Below are positions 19,233-28,446 of a stretch of 64,000 bases of DNA, piece by piece. The notes beneath the pieces were generated by a model. The model was not told the DNA's origin. It worked only from the letters and a program-made list of their open reading frames with translations, and ran no database searches. Origin of the DNA: a virus (taxonomy: Duplodnaviria; Heunggongvirae; Uroviricota; Caudoviricetes); IMG/VR virus record IMGVR_UViG_3300033074_002207; one strand, written 5' to 3'. How positions within the stretch are numbered: position 1 is the stretch's first letter; the number at the start of each line of letters is the position of its first letter. The position numbers and the translations under genes were made by a program.

Positions 19233-19625
19233 ATGGACTCGACTCAGACATTCAATATGAATATCACCGAAGAAGCGGCGAACAACTTGAAGACTCTCAT
19301 TGCAGAGGGTAATCAAGCCGATGCTTTTTTGCGTGTCTGGGTGTCGGGTGGCGGATGTTCGGGACTTCAATATGGTATGGCTCTTGACGACCAGCGTGAA
19401 GAGGATGATATTGAGGTTCGAGACAGGGATATAACTATCGTTGTCGATGCCCTCTCCGCAAAATATTTAAGCGGCTCTACAATCGAATACAAGGACGACC
19501 TTTTAGGTGGTGGATATAAAGTGAATAACCCAAATGCAAAACATAGTTGTGGATGCGGGTCAAGCTTTAGCCCCGAAGAAACACCAGGCGAAGAAAAGGG
19601 TTGTCAAGGTTGTAGATGCAGCTAA
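19233..19625 (+). CDS. iscA: HesB/IscA/ErpA Fe-S cluster carrier
   Basis: VSGGGCSGLQYGM, NPNAKHSCGCGSSF. Confidence 0.93.
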   Translation: MDSTQTFNMNITEEAANNLKTLIAEGNQADAFLRVWVSGGGCSGLQYGMALDDQREEDDIEVRDRDITIVVDALSAKYLSGSTIEYKDDLLGGGYKVNNPNAKHSCGCGSSFSPEETPGEEKGCQGCRCS

Positions 19626-19830
19626 TCGGTTAAAAATCCAACCATACCACTCTCGAAAGAGAGAATCTAGGAAGAACCGACAACTAAAGCGGAACCTTCA
19701 CCCCTTTTCACCGCCATACTAAGGCGTAGATTTTTGGGCATTCTTATGCCCAAATTGGACAACAAAAATGAAAATAGCAATAGCAATGAAAATCCCGAGG
19801 GCTTACATACCACCGGGTTAGGAGTAAACA
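19626..19830 (+). ncRNA. Candidate structured intergenic RNA or leader upstream of the sigma gene
   Basis: TCGGTT/AACCGA stem, CTCTC-GAAA-GAGAG hairpin, TTTGGGCAT/ATGCCCAAA hairpin. Confidence 0.35.
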
Positions 19831-19832
19831 AA

Positions 19833-20381
19833 ATGGATGAGACAACTGCATTAAAGAAGTTCGACCGACTTGCGCACAAGTTGGCGACATATTATCATGA
19901 GCGTTCTAACGGTCGTTACGATTATGACGACTTGTACCAGGCTGCGCGTTTGGGTATCCTCAACGCTGCGCGAACATTCAATGCCGAGATGGGCACTGAA
20001 TTTATCACACACGCCTGGAACTGCGCACGAAACTCTGTTAAGAAGGCTATTCGGGATGACCGAGGTCTTATCAGAGTGCCCGTGGCATCAGAAACCGTGA
20101 TTACAGTTGTTGATTCCGAGACAGCTTCAACATTGCTGGAAATGCAGGGTTCTGACGCAGACGCACGTGCATCAGAGCAGAACGTTATGCTGGCTCAGGC
20201 TATGGCTTCCATTCCCGAGCGTCAGCGCGAGGCGGTTCGTTTGGTTTACCTTGAGGGGTTGACCTACGAAGAGGCGGCTGAGCAGCTTGATGTAAGCAAG
20301 CAGTATGCTCATCAGCTTACTGCGCGTGGACTTGACAGCCTAAGAAGCGTCTTAGGCGACAATATGGCACAAATGCTTTAG
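19833..20381 (+). CDS. Sigma-70 family factor (FliA/SigF-like region 2 plus region 4)
   Basis: DDLYQAARLGILNAARTFN...FITHA; IPERQREAVRLVYLEGLTYEEAAEQL; GGAG RBS before ATG 19833. Confidence 0.9.
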   Translation: MDETTALKKFDRLAHKLATYYHERSNGRYDYDDLYQAARLGILNAARTFNAEMGTEFITHAWNCARNSVKKAIRDDRGLIRVPVASETVITVVDSETASTLLEMQGSDADARASEQNVMLAQAMASIPERQREAVRLVYLEGLTYEEAAEQLDVSKQYAHQLTARGLDSLRSVLGDNMAQML

Positions 20382-20412
20382 GCATTTGCACAAAAAACTG
20401 TAAATTCTGTTT

Positions 20413-20610
20413 ATGGCTACAGAATTTACAGTTACTGTCTCCACTGTCATCGCTGGAGAGATGTACGTTTTTGAAAGAAAATGGCCTCTCTCCAATGAAA
20501 TGGCTCGCAAACTTGTTGGAGCCGAGATTTCAATGGTACTGGATGAATTTCACAATGCTCTGAAATCCTCCAACCTAATCTTGAACGAAAATACCAAAGA
20601 AGAGGATTAG
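20413..20610 (+). CDS. Hypothetical protein
   Basis: 65-aa ORF in the gene run. Confidence 0.55.
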   Translation: MATEFTVTVSTVIAGEMYVFERKWPLSNEMARKLVGAEISMVLDEFHNALKSSNLILNENTKEED

Positions 20611-20626
20611 GCGGTATAATTCACTC

Positions 20627-20989
20627 ATGCCTTCTGATGAAACTCTTGCTCGTTATTTAGCTGCTCGGGAATACCTGTCCTCATTGTCTCCAAAAATATC
20701 AGAGTCTCAAGTGTCAGAATTGTTGCGACAAATTGAAGAGGCTGAGTTAGCTGGTGGCGCATACATTGTGCCGATTAGGTTACTTAATCGAAAACAGCTT
20801 ATTCAATATTACAACAAGATGGAGAGCGGTTACAAGAAGAGTTTTGCTCCATACGTACTTAGAAAATCCAAGTGGCACAGGCTTCGCATTCCAACTCGCA
20901 TATTCAATGAAACACTGCCCAAAAACTGGAAAAGCATCGTGCAACACGCAGAAGGGCTTCAAAAGCGTGGTATACTTCCAACATCATGA
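20627..20989 (+). CDS. Hypothetical protein
   Basis: TATAAT 6 nt before ATG; stop overlaps the next start. Confidence 0.65.
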   Translation: MPSDETLARYLAAREYLSSLSPKISESQVSELLRQIEEAELAGGAYIVPIRLLNRKQLIQYYNKMESGYKKSFAPYVLRKSKWHRLRIPTRIFNETLPKNWKSIVQHAEGLQKRGILPTS

Positions 20990-21882
20990 CAGATACCATG
21001 ACCTCTACCGCAACCCGCGCTATTTGTCGCGTTCCTCTCGTTGGCTGTCTACAAAAAGCAGTCGAATATAAGTCACTCAATGGTAACTGGATTCCAAAAA
21101 ACGACGAACAAAGAGATTTTCTTCGTCATGTGGAAGCCACTAGTGAACTTTCCGCCTTTAATAAAGAAGAATTTGACAGCATTGCATCCGAAGTTGCTGA
21201 AGAAATTAACAAATGGCTTTCCGACAATGGCTTTACTTTGAAGTGTCCAGAAATTCAACCAGGACAATTTGCTACAGCTAGTTTTGTCAAAATGTTTGTA
21301 AAGTGGCTCGAAGAGGGTGATAAAACTCTCATTCGCGTCGATGATACACAATATCCAGCGGTTTCTTTTAAAGAGGAAATCGGCAAAAACATTCATCATA
21401 TGGGTGCAAATTGGGGCGTCACTTGTCTTTCAACAAAGGAAGATAATACTAAGGTTTATTGTGCCATGCGCACCGATGCAGACGCAGACTTTAATGCATT
21501 ATCAGAAGAGCAACTTCTGGATGTTGCAAGCGCGTTAGAATTCATCTACCCTTCGTCTTCAAAGTCTTACGAAGGTGTCCGAGTGCCAATGATTGATTTG
21601 GATGTTGAAGTCAATCAGGTTTGGCTGCGCGGTATACAAAACGAAGAATGGTTTGTTGCCGAATGTCTTCAGCAATTTATCTTGAAGCTGAATGAAAAAG
21701 GTGCGACGGCCAAATCAGCAGCAGTCATGGTACTATGCCGCTCCGCTATGATGTCTCACACACCAGTTCTAACCTTCGACAAACCGTTCCTTCTGTGGTT
21801 TAGTCGCGACGGTTTGACATACCCAGCATTCCTTGCTGTATGTGGCACCGATTGCTGGCAAGAACCAGCAAATCTGGACTAA
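20986..21882 (+). CDS. Short serpin-like protein
   Basis: QQFILKLNEKGATAKSAAV hinge-like segment and FDKPFLLWF serpin C-terminal signature. Confidence 0.6.
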   Translation: MTDTMTSTATRAICRVPLVGCLQKAVEYKSLNGNWIPKNDEQRDFLRHVEATSELSAFNKEEFDSIASEVAEEINKWLSDNGFTLKCPEIQPGQFATASFVKMFVKWLEEGDKTLIRVDDTQYPAVSFKEEIGKNIHHMGANWGVTCLSTKEDNTKVYCAMRTDADADFNALSEEQLLDVASALEFIYPSSSKSYEGVRVPMIDLDVEVNQVWLRGIQNEEWFVAECLQQFILKLNEKGATAKSAAVMVLCRSAMMSHTPVLTFDKPFLLWFSRDGLTYPAFLAVCGTDCWQEPANLD

Positions 21883-21977
21883 ATTCATCAATCTCACTTG
21901 TTATGCCAGCAGAGCTTTGACTTTGCTGGTATAATGACCTTGTTAAACACAAAAGAGAAAAAAACAAGGATAAGAAA

Positions 21978-22652
21978 ATGAGAATAAATCCTAATTTACA
22001 ACAGGTGGGGTTCACTTCCGACTACCACCTGTTCCACAGAAACATCATCAAATACTCCAATCGACCTTTCAGTAATGTGCTGGAAATGAACGAGGCGATT
22101 CGAGACAGACACAATGCAACATTTGATAAAGATGCTGTAGTTTTTAATCTTGGAGATGCGTTGCTTCTTCCAAGAGAGCGCGGGAAAAAATACCCGAGTG
22201 ACGAAGACATCAGACTCGCAGAAAGTTTACTTTCCACATTTAAGGGCAGGATTCACTATCTCCCCGGCAACCACGAATCATCTCTGGATTTGATTCGAGC
22301 GCGATGGAAAATCATGCCACAACTATGTGAAGTGCATTTTGAAGATGACGATGCTGAAAACGGACGACAAAGCATCGTTCTTTGTCATTATGCTCTGCGC
22401 ACTTGGAACAAGGCACATCACTCGTCATGGCACTTATACGGTCATAGTCACGCTGGGTTGAAGAATGATTTTGGGGATTTAATGCAAGACTATGAATTTA
22501 CCCTTTCAATGGACGTTGGGGTGGACACCAATAATTTCTATCCATATTTATATGAAGACATTAAAACTCGAATGTCCGCCAAAACATTCAGAGCCACAGA
22601 CCATCACAGCGCCCGCATGTCTAATTTCGGCGGCGAAGATTTAAGCAAGTGA
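21978..22652 (+). CDS. Calcineurin-like metallophosphoesterase
   Basis: TSDYH, NLGD, PGNHE, LYGHSH, DVGVD. Confidence 0.92.
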   Translation: MRINPNLQQVGFTSDYHLFHRNIIKYSNRPFSNVLEMNEAIRDRHNATFDKDAVVFNLGDALLLPRERGKKYPSDEDIRLAESLLSTFKGRIHYLPGNHESSLDLIRARWKIMPQLCEVHFEDDDAENGRQSIVLCHYALRTWNKAHHSSWHLYGHSHAGLKNDFGDLMQDYEFTLSMDVGVDTNNFYPYLYEDIKTRMSAKTFRATDHHSARMSNFGGEDLSK

Positions 22653-23216
22653 GTCTGGGCACACATTCTTAATAATAGCGCGACAAAGTTTGCAAAGATA
22701 TTCTGTTGAAAATGTGTTTTTCATTAAATTAACATCTTTGTGAACCCATTGAATGTTACCCGGAATATACCCAATGCTGGAATCTATTCGGTCTAAAGAA
22801 GCTGTATAGTTTCCATCATTATGCTCTTTAGCGTTTTTTGCCATTGTTATATCCCAGCCAGTTAAGGCACACTTTCTGTTTTGGGATAAAAATAAATCAA
22901 ATGCCTCTTCTTTTGTGATAGAAATTGTAATATTGCGTTTAGCAGCATTGGTATTAATTCTTTTCCAGAGTGGTGGCGGAATCCCATGAACTCCATAGCC
23001 TGGACGCTTTGTAGCACATATTGTGCATTGCGTCGAGGTGCCGTTTTTCAAATACTGAGCACGCACCCATTTTTCCAAGCCGCAATCACATTTACACCAC
23101 CAGGCGCGGTTGTGTGTTTCATCAATTTCCCATTTGTTTGAAACCAGCCATTTTCCGAATCGTTTGCCGCTTAAATCATGTTTTTGTGGTAACATACAGA
23201 TATTATTCGGAGTCAT
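22641..23216 (-). CDS. Free-standing HNH-type homing endonuclease
   Basis: DLSGKRFGKWLV, WWCKCDCG, CALTG, SLDRIDSSIGYIPGNIQWVHKDVNLMK; start at ATG 23216 or 23195. Confidence 0.82.
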   Translation of the reverse strand: MTPNNICMLPQKHDLSGKRFGKWLVSNKWEIDETHNRAWWCKCDCGLEKWVRAQYLKNGTSTQCTICATKRPGYGVHGIPPPLWKRINTNAAKRNITISITKEEAFDLFLSQNRKCALTGWDITMAKNAKEHNDGNYTASLDRIDSSIGYIPGNIQWVHKDVNLMKNTFSTEYLCKLCRAIIKNVCPDSLA

Positions 23217-23287
23217 CCGTGATGAATCCTTTTTTATATTACAGCTACCATCATGGATTCGACGTATTTTTATGACAAACCTAATAT

Positions 23288-23602
23288 TTGGCAGGTACAC
23301 ACATTTTGAAAATTCAAAGTAAAGATGTGTGTATACCACGGTTTCACGATGTTGTGTTCTATCCGTTTTCTTCCATAGAAAATCGTCCCATTATTTGTGA
23401 AAGCGATTTTTGTCGCTACATATGTGTATTCGTTGATTATTTTCCAATGGAATACGCATACTCCACGGAAATTTGTCAAATGCGAGACTTGTTAGAGTTC
23501 GCACAATCTAATAAGGTTGACAAATTTATTCTAATTCATTCTAATCTTCCAAATATAGCTATGAGTCTCGATGAATATATTGAGGCAACTCGCCCTGAAT
23601 AA
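23288..23602 (+). CDS. Hypothetical protein (start uncertain)
   Basis: ORF filling the gap before guaB. Confidence 0.45.
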   Translation: MAGTHILKIQSKDVCIPRFHDVVFYPFSSIENRPIICESDFCRYICVFVDYFPMEYAYSTEICQMRDLLEFAQSNKVDKFILIHSNLPNIAMSLDEYIEATRPE

Positions 23603-23638
23603 CTGTGATTTTGTCGAAGAAAATACGATAACTAAGAT

Positions 23639-24694
23639 GTGATGCCACGTCTTTATAGTTCCACTCCTGCATTGTCGTTTGATGATGTTCTGTTTGTACC
23701 TCAGAAGAGCGATATTGATAGTCGCTCTAAGCCAGATTTAAGAACCAAGCTGAGTAGAAATATTGAAATTGCCCACCCTATTGTGGCAACCAATATGTCA
23801 ACTATTACAGAGCATCAAATGATGCTCACCTTCTGGAAAACTGGCAGCTTTGCTATTCTGCATAGATTTATGCACAAGCAAGACTTTCTGCTGAATATTG
23901 AACGTTTTATTCAAGAGGCAGATGAATCCGACTTGGACATCCCAATTAATGCTGCAATCAGCGTAGGTGTAAAGGGTGAAGAGTTGGATAATGGCTGGCT
24001 GTACAGGGGAGATAATATAACAGCGGTTGTTGTGGATGTGGCACACGGAGATTCACAAGCTGTCATTAACACCATTAAATCCGTAAAACAACAACGCCCC
24101 GATGTAGATGTTATTGCTGGTAATGTTGCCACCCGCGACGGATTCATGCGACTTGTTGAAGCGGGCGCAGACGGTGTTCGAGTTGGTATCGGTGGAGGAA
24201 GCGCCTGTACCACACGCCTTGTAACAGGTCATGGCTTGCCGACACTGGCTAGTGTTATTGATTGTGCCGAGGCTTCCCAAGCAACAGGAGTTCCTATTAT
24301 CGCAGATGGTGGAATCCGTGAATCGGGCGACATTGTAAAAGCACTGGCTTTTGGCGCGAGTGCGGTGTGTGTGGGTAATATTCTGGCGGGTACATCTGAC
24401 ACACCTGGTGATATCCTCGAACTACCAAATGGTCGTTTTAAAGAGTATTATGGTATGTCTTCTAAAACCGCACAGGAAAGACATAAGAGCGGTAAACGAA
24501 GAGGAATCGCAGCAGAGGGCATTGACAGGCTGATTCCATATAAGGGCGATACTATGGAAAGACTGCTCGATATTATCGGCGGCGTGAAATCTGGATTGTC
24601 CTACTCTGGCGCTCTCACCATTGAAGAATTGCGCGAAAATGCAGAATATGTGCTGTTGTCACCAGGCTCTATGCGAGAGAGCAAGTTTGTGTAA
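23639..24694 (+). CDS. guaB: IMP dehydrogenase/GMP reductase family, no CBS domains
   Basis: [45 protein letters not shown]. Confidence 0.92.
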   Translation: MMPRLYSSTPALSFDDVLFVPQKSDIDSRSKPDLRTKLSRNIEIAHPIVATNMSTITEHQMMLTFWKTGSFAILHRFMHKQDFLLNIERFIQEADESDLDIPINAAISVGVKGEELDNGWLYRGDNITAVVVDVAHGDSQAVINTIKSVKQQRPDVDVIAGNVATRDGFMRLVEAGADGVRVGIGGGSACTTRLVTGHGLPTLASVIDCAEASQATGVPIIADGGIRESGDIVKALAFGASAVCVGNILAGTSDTPGDILELPNGRFKEYYGMSSKTAQERHKSGKRRGIAAEGIDRLIPYKGDTMERLLDIIGGVKSGLSYSGALTIEELRENAEYVLLSPGSMRESKFV

Positions 24695-24696
24695 CC

Positions 24697-24864
24697 ATGT
24701 TATCACCAATTTATGAATTTGCCAGAAAAACACCCTTTGAAATAAGGGTGGATGAAATCATTGAAGAGATGAGCTATGAGTTCTCAGAAGATGAAATAGC
24801 ATACATCAAAGAGAAGATGTTGTCGCTTGCCACTTTCCTCAATACCGGGGACGACAAGATATAA
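24697..24864 (+). CDS. Small hypothetical protein (55 aa, not in ORF track)
   Basis: MLSPIYEFARKTPF...; fills the gap exactly. Confidence 0.55.
   Translation: MLSPIYEFARKTPFEIRVDEIIEEMSYEFSEDEIAYIKEKMLSLATFLNTGDDKI
24836..24861 (+). promoter_or_regulatory. TCCTCAA-N15-GATA putative promoter
   Basis: Motif, then 7 nt, then ATG 24869. Confidence 0.7.
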
Positions 24865-24868
24865 AGTC

Positions 24869-25708
24869 ATGTTTCGATACCCTGGCGGAAAAAGCAAAGT
24901 TAAAACCCAAATTTACGACGTTCTCGCTCGACATCGCTCGCAAATGAGCCCAGATGCAGAGTTGCGCGAACCTTTCCTTGGCGGCGGCGCGATTACAATT
25001 TACTGCTTGCAAAAGCGACTGACCAATCGTGTTTGGTTCAATGACTTCGACCCCGGCATTGCAAGCATTTGGGAATCGGCGCTTAATACGCCAGAGCAAC
25101 TGATTAATAAAATCCTTGCATACACCCCAAGTGTCGATGATTTTTGGCGTTTCAAAGCCAATCTCACCAATGATGAATTCCTAAATAGCGCCGACAAGTT
25201 GACAATCGCTTTCCAGAAGATTGTTGTGCATCAGTTTTCATATTCTGGCTTGGGCGTAAAGGCTGGCAGTCCCATCGGTGGCAAAACCCAAGTGGATGAA
25301 TCGGGAGCCAAGAAAAAGTATGCTTTTGACTGCCGATGGTCGCCTAAGAAAATCATTAAAGACATCAGCGAATTTCAGCGCATTACCAAAGATGCAACGG
25401 TGCGCGGAAATACATGCACCAGTCTGGACTATCGTGAACTTATTGTTGCTCCAGAAGAGGCGTTAATCTATCTTGACCCGCCATACTATGAGCAGGGTGA
25501 AGCGTTGTATCAGTTCTTTTTTACAGAAGAACAACATGAAGAAATGGCTAGATTGCTGAAAGCCACTCCGCATCGCTGGGTGCTGAGCTATGACAACCAT
25601 CCACGCATCAGAGAGCTATACAGTTGGGCAAATATTCAAGACCTCGATATTCAGTATAGTATCACTGGCGCAAACCAAGCCAAGGAAATAATCATTACAA
25701 ACCTATAA
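24869..25708 (+). CDS. Dam-family (D12) DNA adenine methyltransferase
   Basis: FRYPGGKSK, EPFLGGG, IYLDPPYY, WVLSYD. Confidence 0.93.
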   Translation: MFRYPGGKSKVKTQIYDVLARHRSQMSPDAELREPFLGGGAITIYCLQKRLTNRVWFNDFDPGIASIWESALNTPEQLINKILAYTPSVDDFWRFKANLTNDEFLNSADKLTIAFQKIVVHQFSYSGLGVKAGSPIGGKTQVDESGAKKKYAFDCRWSPKKIIKDISEFQRITKDATVRGNTCTSLDYRELIVAPEEALIYLDPPYYEQGEALYQFFFTEEQHEEMARLLKATPHRWVLSYDNHPRIRELYSWANIQDLDIQYSITGANQAKEIIITNL

Positions 25709-26316
25709 TGAATCATTTAAGAAGCGGCGTGTTCGCAGTAGGCGAGTTTCGATATCATGTAAGCAAAGAGATTCAGCAAAAAGCTGTTGAGTTTGCAACT
25801 CAGCGCTACCGAAACTACAGCGACACCAATCAAAACAATCCAGACAAAACGTTTCAAGATGATTTTGTGGGCAAAGTTGGTGAAGATGTTGCTCGTCAAT
25901 GGCTTGTAGAATTTCTGTCTTCAGATATAACTGAAATTGATTTTGAAATCTATTCCCTTTCTGAGCGCAACTGGAATCCCGATTTTTATTTAGGGGATAT
26001 TGGCATTCATGTGAAGAGTTGTTTGGTTAATTCTCCTTGGGGCATCAGTTGGATTTTTCAGAAAGATTCTTCAAGAAGAAAAGATGATTTATTTAAACAA
26101 AAAACGGAGAAAATGAACGATATTATAGTATGTGTACAGATATCGCATTCCTCTATAAATGAAAATTTGTATGGCGATGTGCTAGTGGTAAATACATGGG
26201 AAAATTTACACCGAAAAATGCGCAAACCCATACTAAATCATTTAAAGGCTTCTAAAGCGGCTTTGTATTACAACACACTACTTGAACAAGAAAATACTGA
26301 CTGGGAAGTGGTATAA
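25708..26316 (+). CDS. Putative PD-(D/E)xK nuclease
   Basis: GKVGE...PDFYLGDIGIHVKS; 1-nt overlap with the MTase. Confidence 0.5.
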   Translation: MNHLRSGVFAVGEFRYHVSKEIQQKAVEFATQRYRNYSDTNQNNPDKTFQDDFVGKVGEDVARQWLVEFLSSDITEIDFEIYSLSERNWNPDFYLGDIGIHVKSCLVNSPWGISWIFQKDSSRRKDDLFKQKTEKMNDIIVCVQISHSSINENLYGDVLVVNTWENLHRKMRKPILNHLKASKAALYYNTLLEQENTDWEVV

Positions 26317-26341
26317 TAAACGAGTTAGAGGACACACAACT

Positions 26342-27385
26342 ATGGCTAAATATAAATTTGAATACATCTGGCTAGATGGCTACACGCCCGAACCCAACCT
26401 GCGCTCTAAGACAAAGGTCATTGACATTAATGAAGACAAATTAGTGTTTGACAGCATGACGGGATTAGAAACGTTCCCGGTTGGAGATTTGCCGATATGG
26501 TATTTTGACGGAAGCAGCACCCAGCAAGCCGAGGGTAATTTTTCCGACTGTGCCTTAAAACCAGTCAAAGTCATTGTAGATATTGCACGAGACAATGCTT
26601 TTCTGGTTTTGTGCGAAGTTATGAATGCAGATGGTGTTACACCACACCCGTCAAACACTCGCGCACTTGTTCCAGATGGTGCCGATGACTATTGGTTTGG
26701 ATTTGAACAAGAGTATATTCTTATCAACCCAGATACGCTTCGACCACTTGGTTTTCCCAAGGAAGGATTTCCAGCACCGCAAGGCATGTATTACTGTGGC
26801 GTCGGACACAAGGTTGTAGAGGGTAGAAACATTGTTGAAAACCATCTGGACGCTTGCTTGGAAGCAGGGCTTGATGTTACTGGCATTAACGCAGAAGTTA
26901 TGCTTGGTCAGTGGGAGTTTCAGGTGTTGGGCAAGGGAGCAAAAAATGCCGCAGACGACCTTTGGTTATGCCGATATTTGCTCTACCGCGAAACAGAAAA
27001 TCACAATGCCCAGTTAGAGTTTCACCCCAAGCCAATTAAAGGCGACTGGAATGGCAGCGGACTGCACACCAATTTTTCAAATGCAAAGATGCGCGACGTG
27101 GGTGGTAAGGAATACTTCGATGCAATTTTTGCAGCCTTTGAGAAAAATCATGTGGCTCACATCAAAGAATATCGCTCTTCCAACGACGAACGACTGACTG
27201 GTAAGCACGAAACTGCTAACATCAACCAGTTTAAGGTTGGCGTTAGTGACCGTGGTGCTTCAATCCGCATTCCTCAAACAACAGATAAAAACTGGAAGGG
27301 CTATCTTGAAGATAGGCGTCCAGCATCAAACGCAGACCCGTATCGAATTGTTGCTCGTATTGTGCAAACAATGCAGGGTCTTTAA
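26342..27385 (+). CDS. glnII: Glutamine synthetase type II
   Basis: EYIWLDG, FDGSSTQQAEG, GFEQEY, GINAEVMLGQWEFQ, WNGSGLHTNFS, GYLEDRRPASN. Confidence 0.95.
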   Translation: MAKYKFEYIWLDGYTPEPNLRSKTKVIDINEDKLVFDSMTGLETFPVGDLPIWYFDGSSTQQAEGNFSDCALKPVKVIVDIARDNAFLVLCEVMNADGVTPHPSNTRALVPDGADDYWFGFEQEYILINPDTLRPLGFPKEGFPAPQGMYYCGVGHKVVEGRNIVENHLDACLEAGLDVTGINAEVMLGQWEFQVLGKGAKNAADDLWLCRYLLYRETENHNAQLEFHPKPIKGDWNGSGLHTNFSNAKMRDVGGKEYFDAIFAAFEKNHVAHIKEYRSSNDERLTGKHETANINQFKVGVSDRGASIRIPQTTDKNWKGYLEDRRPASNADPYRIVARIVQTMQGL

Positions 27386-27394
27386 GGAATAAAC

Positions 27395-28411
27395 ATGAGC
27401 TTGGAAAATAACGACAACGAAGAACTCAACCAAATATTGGCTGCACACGTGCGAGAAAATGATGTTCATATGACTTATGAACAGGTCTTACCCGCGCAGC
27501 CATCTATGCCGCGAGAAGAGGATAAAAAATTCGATTTAGACGCGACACAGTGGTCTACTTCAAATGGCGTCGTTTATTTTCCAACAGGTAAAACAGTCTC
27601 GTCATTGCAGCCAGGATATTATGAAATACAAGTTCATCCAATGGCGGGACTGTATTTTGAACGAATACCTGTGAAAACAGACGGTTTGTTAAATTTTCCA
27701 GATGCCAGCACTGGCAAAGTAATATCTGAAATCAAAAAGTTTTGGGACAGAGAACAGATTTTTAAAGATTATCAGTTGACTTACAAGCGCGGCATTATCC
27801 TATGGGGTCCACCTGGCGGTGGAAAAAGCTGTACCCTACAACTTGTGTGCAGAGATGTTATCGAGCGAGACGGCGTGGTTATAAAGTTCGATAGTCCTGA
27901 GTTGTTCAGCATGGGCTACCGAAAACTAAGAGCTATTCAGCCAGATACACCTATTGTTGTGTTAATGGAAGATATTGATTCGACAATCAGAATATATTCG
28001 GAAACTCAAGTTATCAACATACTTGATGGTGTAGACTTATTAGATAAAATAGTGTTCTTAGCTACAACCAACTATCCAGAACTGCTTGGCGACCGTATTA
28101 TGAATCGCCCAAGTCGTTTTGACAAAAGGTTTAAAGTTGGATATCCCAGCGCCGAAGCTAGAAAAATGTACATCGAGCACTTAATAGATAAGCGCACGAT
28201 TGACTTGATTGATGTAGATAAGTGGGTGGAAAATACAGAGGGGTTTTCATTGGCACACCTTAAAGAGCTTTTTGTTGCTGTTGTGGTGTTGGGTGATGAT
28301 TATGATGATGCAATCAACACGCTTAAATCTATGAAAACGGAAGTTACATCATGGGGTTCAGAAGAGAAAAAACAAGTGGGCTTCCGCGCCAATAGAGACG
28401 ATTTCTTCTAA
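27395..28411 (+). CDS. AAA+ ATPase (BCS1-like)
   Basis: WGPPGGGKS, LMEDID, ATTNY, RPSRFD. Confidence 0.9.
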   Translation: MSLENNDNEELNQILAAHVRENDVHMTYEQVLPAQPSMPREEDKKFDLDATQWSTSNGVVYFPTGKTVSSLQPGYYEIQVHPMAGLYFERIPVKTDGLLNFPDASTGKVISEIKKFWDREQIFKDYQLTYKRGIILWGPPGGGKSCTLQLVCRDVIERDGVVIKFDSPELFSMGYRKLRAIQPDTPIVVLMEDIDSTIRIYSETQVINILDGVDLLDKIVFLATTNYPELLGDRIMNRPSRFDKRFKVGYPSAEARKMYIEHLIDKRTIDLIDVDKWVENTEGFSLAHLKELFVAVVVLGDDYDDAINTLKSMKTEVTSWGSEEKKQVGFRANRDDFF

Positions 28412-28413
28412 TT

Positions 28414-28439
28414 TCCTCAAAACAAAGAGTGATAGCATA
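28414..28439 (+). promoter_or_regulatory. TCCTCAA-N15-CATA putative promoter
   Basis: Motif, then 7 nt, then ATG 28447. Confidence 0.7.
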
Positions 28440-28446
28440 ATAAAAT

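Noticed and set aside
22641-23602. Possible third gene-end duplication around the HNH gene (DVCI...FYPF at ~23325 versus DVGV...FYPY of the phosphoesterase)
   Set aside because: The similarity is only a few residues with different spacing, unlike the clear gap-free matches at speD and the exonuclease.
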